This document shows positions 28,801 through 41,600 of a stretch of 64,000 nt of DNA, one piece after another. The DNA comes from Bigelowiella natans CCMP2755 (Eukaryota > Protista > Cercozoa): positions 86,237-150,236 of the forward strand of contig ADNK01001129.1 in NCBI GenBank assembly GCA_000320545.1, read 5' to 3'. How positions within the stretch are numbered: the stretch's first letter is position 1; each line of letters opens with the position of its first letter. The position numbers and the translations under genes were made by a program. The notes under the pieces are model-generated. The model saw nothing but the letters and a program-made list of their open reading frames with translations. It searched no databases and was not told the DNA's origin.

Positions 28801-31800
28801 GAAAACGGTGCCGTGAAGAGCAGGTTGTTCTAGCTCGGTTGGGCATGATCATTTTCCGCGCGCTGGCTACGAGGATTGCAGGATGGCGACGGGGAGCCCT
28901 GGCCGGATTTATGGCCAAGGAGCAGGCAATTTCGCAGCACCGCCTTCTGAGCGGCGCACTGACGCAACTATTCGAAGCCACCGTCGAGAGGACGAGGGAG
29001 TTTGCCTCCCTTCTGGAAAGGAGAGAGTCCCGACAAAGAGGAAGAAGGCAGCAGCATTGGTTGCGGAAAGGGGAGGTGCTTACCCAGGGGGGAGAAGAAC
29101 AAACTGCATCTGTTGTAGTACCCAAGGGTGAGACTGTCGAGGAAAAGGAGTCAGGCCTGCGCGATCTGGTAATATTAATGGTTTGCATATGGTTGAAACT
29201 AACTGAAGAAAAAGAACAAGGAGGAGGAGGAGAAGGAGAAGGGGGAGGAGAGTGATAGGGAGGATAAATATTGAGTACATTCGTTTGATGCCTGCAAATG
29301 TGGCAATGGTAATTTTTAACTTTGCAGGTTCGAATCGGATATTTGTTGCTCCGCATTGTCGACGGCTTCGGTGTAGACAACGACGACAACAACGACGATC
29401 AGAGAATCTCCTCCTCTACAGCGTCATTATTACTTCAGGGTGTGGCTGGCCCTGTGTTGGCGCACTATCTCCTCGCCATCGTGCGTGTGATCGAGTGTGG
29501 GTCGCAGAACATGCAGAGAATTGCTTCCAGGAGCCTGTTGGTGTTGCTCAAACATGTACCACCCACCACACTGCAGCTTGTCAACGAGAAGCAGAACGGC
29601 AATATAGTCGAGAAAACAGCAACGATGGACGACAAAGGGTATCCTCTCCAAATGGGGGAGGATGGCTACGGTGATGGCAATGTAAGAATTGGGAAAGCTA
29701 TGATTGCCAGACTCCTCTCCCTCATTGGCGAGATAACCACTACTCCTGCCATGAAGAAAGAGGAATTGGAGGAAGAGGAGGATGAGGAGAAGGAGGAGGA
29801 GGAGGTAGAAGGAGGTGACGGAGCAATAGGAGAAGGTTGCCGGCAACCCACAACAGACCCTTTCGTAGGGAAGAGTAACCAACAGCTGCTCACAAATTGT
29901 GAGGAGGAGGAGAATCTTGGTAAGGACGAGAAGATGAAGAAGAAGAAAAGGAAGAAGATTGGGGCTAGAGACTGTTCTACGAAAACGAGGGAGATAAAGA
30001 AGAAATCGGCACCTCCACCGCCGGCCAAATACCGACTAGTGCTATGGCGGCCTGATGGTGTACCTGTCAATGCTTATGTGCAGCAGTTTTTGGAGCTTTT
30101 TTACACCCCACTGATGCAGATAATTCACCGACCGGCTGGCGAAGGCACAGAGGGTGGTAGTGCTGGAACAGCCTTCAGGTAACAATTAGTAGTAGAGTAG
30201 TAGTAGTAGTAGTAGTAGTAGTAGGAGTAGAAGTGAGGTTAGTATCATTTCTGTAATTCTGAAACTATCATCTCATCATTCTCAATGCCCTCGTCGTTGG
30301 TATTAGCATCTTGAAATGAAAATAGGAGCCATCGCTGATTCTTGTGTCCTCACTATCATCAGTATGACGATGCTCCGGCAGCGGCTTCACCATGGGCTCC
30401 GGCAATCGTCCTGGGCGACGTTATTCGTCGGCACCCGCAGGACATGCTATAAATTCGGACTCAAGGTCGCCAGAAAGGGTATGCAGTGTCTTGTGGAACC
30501 CTGTACGCCGGACGTGTGCGCAGAGCGCAACCGCGTCCTTGCGCGGCACTTTTCCAGCCGAAGCTTCTGCGTCAGCGGTCAACAGGCTACGGAGCGTGCA
30601 GCGCAGCTTGTCGAGTGCCTTCATACCGTGCTGTCCTCCTCTACCTCAAAGGGGGGCGTAGGCGTATTTGGAGAGTGGAGAAGGCTTGTCAAACAAGTAA
30701 TGGCGGCGGAGCTGACGCGCCTGCCCTCCCTGAGCCACAATAGGGATCAGGTAGGGAGTGATACCGATAAAAAGGAGCAAGAGCGTGGTAAGATGACAAG
30801 GACGGGCGCGTTTGTGAATAGAGGAGCACAAAACGCATATGAGGAGAAGAAGGGGAACAGCAACGGCAGCATTGCAGCAACCAAGCCATCGACTGGAACG
30901 ACGACGGCAGTCTCAATCCGGGCAAGTGTGGTCGGCAGTCTGTGCGTGCTGAGCGGCTTCATGTGCGATCTTGTAAGGGTTGGTGGCACCGTCAGCGTCG
31001 CCGCAACGGACGATAACTACCGCAGTACATCACCTTCGACAGGGGTACGTGAAGACAGAACAGTGTTTCCGAATTAAAATATAGAATTTGAAAGCTTTGA
31101 ACGTATCACCGTGGCGATTGCACAGTTATCTTTTATCGTCATTATCATCATTATCACCACCGCCACCACCACCACCCATGATTTACCATGAGCAATTCAC
31201 AAATCGTTTTCCTTCCAGGCGGGATCCTCGAGTGCGTTGGCCGAGCAGGTTGGAGTGGTGGTCAGCATGGAGCTGGGTTACAACCAAATGCGAGTCGTCT
31301 TTGCGAACGACCCCCGCCAGCGCCCCACTCTCGTCCATCGCTCTAAGCTGCGCGGTGTCAGAAAAGTCTCCGAGCGTTTGCTCGCTGATGCAATCCTGAA
31401 GGAAGAGGACGAGGAGGATGGAGAGAAGGCCAACGACGATGGAAAGCAACGGGCTTCTCCTGGTGCACGATCTTCCTCCTCCTCCTCCTCCTCTTCCCGG
31501 GTTAAAATCGTGGACGCGATATTGAATGCGCTTGAATACTTTGGCCCGCCACCATCAACAGCAGCACGTACTCGGCAGCAGCAGTCGCTCGATGGCTTGC
31601 TTAATCAAGAGGGGAGAAGCATGCGGGAGCTCATGTTCCTCCGCCCTCTTCTCCTGGGCGCACTCAGCATGCTACTGGCCTCCTCCTCAACGACCACGAG
31701 GAGCGGAGGCGGTGGTGGTGGCGACTTGGTGCTTCAGCGGACCCTGCTACAAAGGTACGTAATAGGAAAAGCTGCTGCTGTTGATAATCATAAACCTATA

Positions 31801-31839
31801 AACGCCACATTCTTTGGGGGATGCTGTGATGTAGCTAGT

Positions 31840-31909
<70 letters not shown>

Positions 31910-32535
31910 TGTCTCGCCTGTCTGATAATACCAGGCGTCACTTGCTCCGATTGATCCGTGAGCACGTGAGCTCGAGCCTTAAGTCATCCTCGCAGCAGCA
32001 ACAGCAGCTGCTGCTATCAAATTCTCGGCAAGCTCAGCAGGTGCTCGTTGGGTTTCTGAGCCGATCTATCGCCCGCCTCTACGACCTGTCGACCGCCACT
32101 CCGAAGCTGTTCAGGCATCCTGCAGCAGCTAAGGCAGCGGCTCTCTCCAAGGCCTCACGTCGCTCTGCCCCACCTGACCGTAGTGCCAGAGCTGCTGCTG
32201 CTGCTTCTTCGTGGGGACGAGACAGCAAGGGATATCATCCTCGGTCGCTCATCTCGCGTCGCGAGAGTTTAAGTAGCACTGGGAGCGGTGCTAGTCGTAG
32301 CATACAGGCCGCATATCAGCGGGAATTGCCATACTTTCCTCCTCGCCTTTGGGGAGGGGGGGTCGGTTTTACGGCACTTCCGACTCGATGGAACCGCGAC
32401 CATGCTCCGCATTGCCTCTTCTCTCACGCGAGCTGCCGAATCGTGCAGGTGATGATGATGATGATGAAACTAACGACGATGGTGGTGATAGCTAGGACAC
32501 TGAAAGATTACAACGTTCGTCATTCCTCTCCCAAC

Positions 32536-32594
<59 letters not shown>

Positions 32595-34726
32595 ACATTC
32601 ATGAGTGCTCATGTCCTTATACGTATAACGCAGTATGCTGGCGGTCACTCGAAGCGCATAAAGATGAACAAGGGCGACAACCTACCAGTCACCATCACCG
32701 CAGAGGAGCCCATTCCAGAAGGCCTCATAGGCTACTATTTCGAGGTGCTGCTGTTGCCCCAACAGGCTCATTACGACCCACTCACTAGACGCATAGTGGA
32801 TGACGATGACGGAGAGGATGACGACGATGCTGAGGGAGTTGGGGCAGCAGGAGGAGTCGATAGTAAGAGGAGAAAAGAGCGTAGGCGAAGGAGGCACAGA
32901 AGGTGGAAGCGCCTTGGGCTACACACATCCTCTTCTACTCCAACGACAGCCACGACTGCTGATGACGACGCCTCTGGTTCGTCATCGAAAGCATCTCCCA
33001 AGCAGAGCGATGGCGACAACGACAGCAAATACCGCGGCGACGACAGCGATGATTCCTCCGATTACCACCCGGATGACAGCGGAGAGGAGGATTTCGCACA
33101 CAGGAGGGCCACTCGTATTGGGATTGGCCTATGCGCCGATGGCAGCGCGGCGCTGAAAAAGAACATCCACGGTTGGTGCGAAGGCTCCTACGTGTTCCTG
33201 TCCTCAACGGGGTGCAAGGCGCGCTATCTCGCCAAGGCGAAGCCTGCCGACTCTGCGGAAGACCGGGCGCGGCTGGAGGTGGACGACCTCGTGGACATCA
33301 AGGACTCCGTGGGGAAGTGGGAGCCCGCTACCATCATCCGAAGCAATGCTAGGCAGATCCGCGTGCACTACATCCAGTGGGACTCAAGGTACGACGAGTG
33401 GGTTGATCGCTCCTCCGACCGCCTGGCGACCTTTCGAACCCGCACTGTTGGCGCTGTAGGCCAGCTCTTCCCCGAGCCTTACTACCGGCACGCGTACAGC
33501 GGCGATGATAACATTGACGGCGATGGCGGTAGCGCAGAAGAGAGCGACCCGGCCGACTACTACGACAGCAAAAGAATGACGACGACGGCAGCATCGACGA
33601 GGAGGATGAGGAGAGGGAAAAGGAAGCTAAATGGCGGAGCACGCATTGGCGACGTCATTGGGTGTCTATGGAACAAAGTAGAGCGTACGATTTCCTTCAC
33701 ACGTAACGGCAAATCGCTCGGACCTGCCTTCCAAAACGTAGCTGCACCATCACACGCAGAAGGCGGCGACCACAAAACAGCTTCAACTTTTGCTGCAGGA
33801 GGAGGAGTAGGCGGAGGAGCTGGGAGTGGGATGTTGTTCCCCGCGGTGACTCTCTACGGAACCAAGGTTCAGGTGGCAGTAAACTTTGGCCAAACTCCAT
33901 TTTTCTACCGCCCCGACAACGATCCCGCCCTCCGTTCCGCTATTCTCGCAGTCGAGGCTAAGAATAGGCTTCGACGAGCTGGTAGGCCTCCCAGGTCACC
34001 CCAAAGTACCGCCGAGGTGCCGAACCATTCCAAAAATTCTTTGCCGCTCTCATCTTCACTCAGTCCTGCTGCTGATGCTGCTGCTGCTGCTGCTGCTGCG
34101 GCGGCGACGACCACAAAGAGCAGCGTCCAGGAGAAATGGAGAGCTCGTTACGATGCTGCTCGTAGCATAATTCGTATGGGAGTGCTAGCGGACGGCTGCA
34201 CGCTGGAGCAGGTAGCGCGTGCTCTTGAGCTGCATGGTGACTCGCGCCCCCAGATGATCGAATGGGCTTTTGCAAATCCCATAGCTTTCAAAAACCTTGA
34301 CAGCGGTAGACGACGAGCTAAGAGCAACGACGAGGAAGACGATGGTGACCTGCTGCCTCCCCATAGAGTTATGGCGAAGGCAGCATCTTCTGAAGATTGC
34401 CCTCCACCCCCTTGCTCCCCCGTAAGTGTCGGGGAGATGAATGATAGTGAATTAGGGAGGGGAGGAAGAGATCCATCTCATGGTGGTGGCAACGACACCG
34501 ATTTTGATGTGGAGGACTGGGTCGAAAGCGAGGACGAAGAAGCTCTTTTATGGGAGAAGCTAAACAATAATGTGAGGTTGTGGGAGGAAATTAAAGATGT
34601 GGCTGCCTTTCACGGTATTTCGCATCATGCTGCCGGCATGGCCCCAATAGAAGCTACACCAACAGGGTATGTAAAGCGTCCGCAATCCCTTCCCTGTGTT
34701 TAGCATCATCTAGATCAGCATCTTTG

Positions 34727-34760
<34 letters not shown>

Positions 34761-35572
34761 CTTCGTCTTCGTCGCATGTTATGGTGACTTTTCTCGAATA
34801 CAATCAAATATATCATTCGCAGCGGAAACGGTAGCATCATTCGCTTCCACCGCCTCTGTGAGTCGCCCAGCGAATTATCAAACAACGGCGATGGAGACGA
34901 CGAAGATGAGCAACCCAGTAGCAGCGGTGATGGGAGGGGCGGTGAGGGCGAGCAAGACTCCGCTCTCTTCTCGCTCCTGCAGAACCAGAACTTACAGGTT
35001 GATATCCCTTGTGATGACAATAATACTATTGCTGCTGCTGGTGGTACTCACCTTGCGATGTGTTTATTCTGTGCACAGTCGAGTTATACGATGGGGGGGG
35101 ACTCTGCTGCTGGTGGGCTAGACGGCGTGACCGGCGGTTTGCGCGCCGAGGCTGAGGAGGCGGAGGCGGCACGTACCATCGCGCACATCTCCAACATGGA
35201 CAATTGGTTGTCTCAACTGGAACAGGGCCTTGGCTCCCACAGTCAGCAGATGGAGCGAGTGCAGACGATGCTGCAGCAGCTCCGTCGGCTCAACTTTGGA
35301 TCACTCGCGCACGCCATCATGGCCCTGCCGCAAATACGATCATCGAGTGCCCCGAGGTCGAGTGTTATTGTACTCACTTCGGGGAGAGGCGATGCGAATG
35401 CGTCGGCGTCTTCTCGGGATGGGGGAAGTGGAAGCGGCCAGTTCATTTCGGAAGAACTCTCGTTCTGGTCCGTCGTCTAGCAGTAGCATGATGTGGTGCG
35501 CATGCTGGCATCTGAATGTACTGTATTATATATATTTCCTAAACATTACGTAACATATTTACTCAATCAAAT

Positions 35573-35609
<37 letters not shown>

Positions 35610-38600
35610 CGTGAAAGAAGGAAGTAAAATTCGGGAGAAGGGAAAAAGGAGAGGAAGAGGATGATGATGATGATGATGATGATGTTGTTGATGATATCAT
35701 CACAGGTCCCCCACCGCTATTGCCGGGCGGCAGACAATAGTACAGGAGCAGCTGAGCACGGTGGAGCAGTCGATGACTGGAGCGGAGCCTATGGTGGGTC
35801 TGCGCGTACGCATCTCAGCAACGGCGAAGAAAGATTCACTGTCTGCGGAGTCGTCTCGATCCGAGTTGTTCGACCCTGCGGCGTCAGCATGGCTCCCCCA
35901 AATGGACTACACGGAGGGCAGTATAGGCGTCATCCGTGCCCTTGACTCTGACGACACCGTTCTGGGCAGCGGCGGCGGCGGAGGAGGAGGAGGAGGAGGA
36001 AGCACAAGTCACCAGCGGCAGGCAGAGGAAGGAGACTTTCTGCCTGGGGCTGTCGGTCCCAACCTAGCGCTGGTGGAGGTGTGGGACTGCGAGCGCTCTC
36101 TCGTCTCGATGTTTTGGTATCCTGTGAAGCACTTGCTGTCAAGGCCAGCTTCCAACCAAGATGCCTACCTCGGGCTGGCGACGGAGAGCAGCACGGTGAG
36201 GAGGCTCTGTGATCATCTCCACCACTTCTCTGATTGTATGGCGGCAAAGATTCTCATGCGTCTCTCGCCGTACCTCGTGCATAACCATTACCACTCAAGA
36301 CCAGCCCCAATAAAGAGGAGGACGATGATGCAGCAGTACCGCCCTGAGGTAGTAGCCAAGAGAGATGAGCTAAAGCGGAGAGCGAGAGGGGGGACGAGTT
36401 TTTGTGAGCAGGCATCAGTATATGTTTGTCTTCATCACAATCTTCTCTCTGCGCCATTTTCACCACACACATCTTTGCTCGCCATCATCATCATCATCAT
36501 CATCATATCATCATCACCATCAACGGCTCTAATTGTCCTCCTTACCACAATACTATTATCAGGTGACGCAAACTGCCGACCCTGTGAGCGCGATCTGGCG
36601 TGGCGTGATCAGCAGCGCGCCGCCATCACTTGTTGCTGGCCCCGAGTTTGCTTTGGCGACGACTGCTGACGGTCACGGGCCCGCGGAAGCGTTCCGCACA
36701 AAAATCGTAGGAAGATTGAATAAGGCGCTTGTTGCGATGAACGAGGTAGTCACCTCGCGGCTAATCAAGGACACGCTGAAGGTTGCATCGGTCCGCCTGC
36801 TAAGGCTAGATACGGTCCTCTGCACGAAGCCACTGGCACCAAAACCACGAGTGAATGTCTCTTTAGATCTACTGCTGCCAAGAGAAGAGGAAAAAGCAGC
36901 AAACCACCGTCGAGCCGAGGAGTATTATTACCAATACTTGCGCAGGCACCGGTACCCTGATCACAGCTGGCCTGAGGTCATGGACGACTATCTTCCAATG
37001 CTGCAAGTCATGATGACGAAACACCCCTTCTGGTGCTGCCAGCTGCTGCGTTGTGCGGCCTCGCTACTGGTGGACTCGACAAAAGCCTTCCACTTCAGGT
37101 CGAAGCTATCCGACGTCACGCCGGCGGGCCGCACGTGTGTTGTCTGGAGCAAGCGCGTCCGCGTAAAGGATGCGGCCTCTCTGGTAAGTATGATGGTTGT
37201 GATAGGTGACGACGATGATGATGATGATGATGATGGTGATGATGGTGATGACAGTAGTTCAGCGATATTGTCCTCTGACGTGATGATCATGGTCAACGAT
37301 GGTGGGCTGTGATCACCACTATCGTTTCTTGACCAAAACTTGATATCATCATCAAACTCTTGTTCCCTGGACCGCCAAGTGACATTTGCTGATCGTCTTC
37401 CCCTCATCATCCTTTGTTGTGCCTTCCTATGCTACTACTACTACTACTACTACTACTACCACTACTACTACTACGATCCCCGTTTTTCACAGCTTGTGGC
37501 CTTCGATTCGTCCTGTCGCCTGCCATCCGGCGTACTGTTGTCATTCTACCGTAACAAAGAGTGCACAGAGCTCATTCGCTGTCTCTCGCATAGTAGCAGC
37601 GTCTCTTCCTCGTCCCCACTTAGTGGGGCGGGAGGAACGCAAGGCAGCAGCGCCTGTCTCACATCATTCACGGTGCCCAGCGCCGCTGTTTGGATTCGCT
37701 GCTCGGTAGTAGCAGTAGTAGTAGTAGTAGTAGTAGTAGTTGTTGTTATTGTGGTAGTAGTGGTAGCAGTAGTAGCCACGTCATCGTAGCGGTGTGGGCT
37801 GAGTAGGGCGAGAAGGGTGATAAGAACTAGTCATCATTATCACCAAGGGCAACTCCATTGCCGCCAGCTTCTAACTCGCCCTTCCCTCCCCCACCACCCC
37901 CCACCCCTTCCATTCCCCAGGTCTCCACCCAAGCGCAGAACATGGGCAGCAAGGCGTCCTCATCATCGAACAACGACTACATATCATTGCGATTCACGAT
38001 CAGCCCTGTCTCTGCAAAGCTGCCGCTGGCTTGCTGGATTGCTCATCAGGTGATGAACTCCCATGCCCATATTGTGGCTGAGTTGGGCAGGTCTGCAGAA
38101 GCAGCTATAGCGGCTAGAAGTCATCGTGGAAAGCAGCACCCACCAGAAACGCCTGCTCCTGTGAGAACAGAATCTCCTACTGAGGGACCCTCATCATCAT
38201 CATCATCATCATCATCGCCATTACCATTGAGCGCCGAGCGCCTTTCATACCTTGAGATAAACCGCAAAGCATCATTGGCGATCTTGAAGTGTGTGTACCA
38301 CGAGTGCGTAGGACTGCTTTCCTTGCCTCAAACACCCGCACAGGTCAGAGTCCTTGTCCTACGCCTGCTCAGCAGGCTGCTGTTAGTTACGGCGCGCTCA
38401 CCCAGGGAAGAAGGCGAAGGAGCATTTGAAAGCAAAGGAGGAGGAGGAGGTGAAGGAGTAGGAGGGAGCGTGTTGTTTGGAAACATGGCGGAGCTCGGAA
38501 CAGCTTTCAATTCAATGCGGAAAATATACCAACAAGAGGCCGATAATACCGCGGCATCCCAATCTGCCGACAGGTACACCAGGCTGCTACCTCTCTGCAA

Positions 38601-41600
38601 TGATTCTGATCTGTATAACAAACTAAACAATCATCCCGCTCTTACAATGTGTTGGGTTATCGCAACAGTAGGTACCGGATGCTTGGTTTGAGAAGAAAGG
38701 CCACTAGCGACAGCTCGGACGGAAAGCATAACTGCCTCCACTCCCAGCTCACCCAGGCTTATATCCAGCTATTCCATGCCGCAAGACAGCATGTAGAGGC
38801 CGCTAGGAAGCTACGACAACAGCGGCAGCTCTACCCGCCAAGATCGTCACCCTTCTACTACAACTACGACAGGAAGGTAGAATTTACTTATTTATTTTTA
38901 TATGTTTATTTTTTTGATTCATGTGTAGCATTGCCAAGAAGATGGAAGCGGAATAAACGCGATACGGCACAAACACCACCTACCACCTAATCAGACTGCC
39001 GCCAAGAACTCTTGCATTGCATCGGTGCTAGCTGCTCATTCGACAGGCTGTTTCAGTGCTGCCATAGCCTCCGGGGATCATCATTCCAAGATGGCCGCCC
39101 TTGATTTTCCTCCATCTGCTGCCTGCGCAATTGTTAGCAGTAATAGCAGTGGCGATGGAGCAGGCCGAGGTAGCGCTGCAAGAAGCGGCAGCAGCGAGTC
39201 AACTCAGCTGTCGGCAATGATCTCATGGACGGGGAGTCCCTCCCCGGTCGCAGGAGGGGAAACAAGGAGCTGGGAGTCAGGGGTGTGGCTCGACCAGATA
39301 TATCGTCTAGGCCTCACGCTCCGTGCTATTATGCTGGAAGGAGGCAAGCAGATCAAAGGACGGCCCACTGCTGCTGCTACTGATGCTGCTGCGGCTATTG
39401 GTGGTGGTGGTGGTAGCGGTGTTGGCGAAGGAGGTGTTGATGTGAAATCATCCTCCTCATTTTATTCCTACGCGAGTAATTTTTCCAATGCGGCGGCTTC
39501 TTCCTCCTCCTCCAGCTCCTCTTCATCCTCCAGCTCCTCCTCCTCCTCCTCTTCCGCCTCCTCTTCCTCCTCGCCCTCCCTCTCCCCCGAAGTAGCTCTG
39601 CAACAGTCGGTGCGCGTGCTGGACGTGAAAAGCTACAGTGAGCTGGCCCACTATATGGAGCTGCTGACAGAGGAGAAGAACCTGACGGCTCCTGAGGAGC
39701 TACCGTTACCTCTCAGGCACCCACTTGGTGGAAGTAGTAGTGGTGGTAGTAGTAGTATTCGTGGTGGTGGTGGTAGTAGGATGAGCAGTAGAGTTACTAA
39801 AAATAAAGAGAAGATGGAAGAAGAGGAGGGCAGCCACAAGAACAGGAAGCCTGCATCATCGTCATCATTTTTTGGCCCACGATACGACGACAACGAGGAG
39901 GAAGAGAGCTGGGAAAATGAGCAGGAGGAGGAGGATGATGATGATGAAGCCGACAAAAGGGCTCATCATCGCGTGGCGTGGGGGAAGAGTGAAGGGGCTG
40001 CCGAGGAGAAGAAGAAAAAGGACGAGGATAGAAGGGCCAGGCAGATTGCCGTCTCAAGACGCCTGTAAGCTCTACCTACCATAATTTCCCCCTAATTGCT
40101 TTTATAATAATAAATGGAACACAAACCTTCGAATTCGAATGCATCGCGAAGGAAGCAAATAAATCGCCACCGTTTGTATCCTTTCTGCGCCAGTTCCTAT
40201 GAATCCACTCCTCATCTCGTAACAATTCTCTTTTGTCGCTCTTTCTCCCTCTTTCTCTCTTCAGATTTCGTGTGCTTAAGATGGAGCCTGAGAAGTTCCG
40301 CTTCCATACGCGCCAGCTGCTGGAGCTCAACGCCCTCGTCGAGAAGACGCTCTCTATGATCGATCTTAGTAGCTTCGCTCTCCAGGCCCCATGGTGTCTC
40401 GGCTACCAGCTCAAGCACTGCCGTCGTTTGATATTTTCGCACATCAAAGCTCGATTCACAGACCGCGTACTGGCGGCAACAGCTACCCCGGGTGCTGACC
40501 TGCCGACTGTGCGTGTAAACCGTATCATTGCCAGCAACTCCCTCGGCATCCCGCTGCAACGACCAAAACAACACGGCGCTAGCGCCGCCAACGGCACAAT
40601 GTCCCTAGCAGGACTTCCTTCTTCCCCGCACTCCGCTTCATCACTGGAGAGGGCCTTCCTTGCAGCGACCGCAACAGCCTCTGATGGGCTAGACAGGGAA
40701 AATGAGGGGCTCGCCAGTGGCTGCTTCTTGAACCAAGGCCAGTCGCATTACGAATCCTCCTATCTCCTCGCACGCCAGAGGCGGCGACGGCAGAGGAGGA
40801 GGAGGATGAGGGTGATTGTTCATCACCAGCAGCAACAGCAACAACACGTACATTCGCCTCAGCAGCAGCAGCACCACCAGCACCACCAGCACCAGCAGCT
40901 GGTGCGACTGGACGATTACAAGCATTCGGTAAATAGTAGCAGCAGCAACAACAGCGGTGGCCTCTCGGCAGCATCTCGCAGCTCTATACCTGTTACCTCG
41001 GGTACTGGTGGCAGTAGTAGTGGCGGTGGTGGTGGGAGTGCTGGTGGGAGGGGGGATGAAGACCAGGAAGCAGATAGAAACGATGCCAACTGGTGCCGTG
41101 AATGTCTTAGAAGGCGGCTGTGCGATGTGCAGTCCTCTATTGCAGATACCATCTTCGGCCAGGCATTCCGGCAGCTTAAGGATGTGAAACCTAGCCGACT
41201 AAGACCAGCGCAGCCCCGTGGCACCTCGCCCCATGTCGCGCTCAACGTCGCGTTTGAAGGTTGCCTTTTTCTTATGCCTTACATATTGCTCCTAGCGTCA
41301 ATGTGCCGCCGCTACTGTGCTATTTTACCAGGAGTAGTCGAAGGAAGTACACCTCTAATATATATTCGCTTTGCCCTTTTCTCCTGTTGCTCCTTTTTTG
41401 CTGCGGCCTTTTCTTCTTTGCCTGGGATATCACAGGCGAGCAGGTTCTTGGTCAAGCTGGACCATACCGTGCATTTTTCTCAGATATATCTCGAGAACTG
41501 CAGCAGTACCGCGGCCCGGGGGACGCCTACCCCTTGTCGCTGTTTATGCCAACCCCGAACAACCTGCACAAAATTGGAGAAGATCGTGACCGGTACTACT

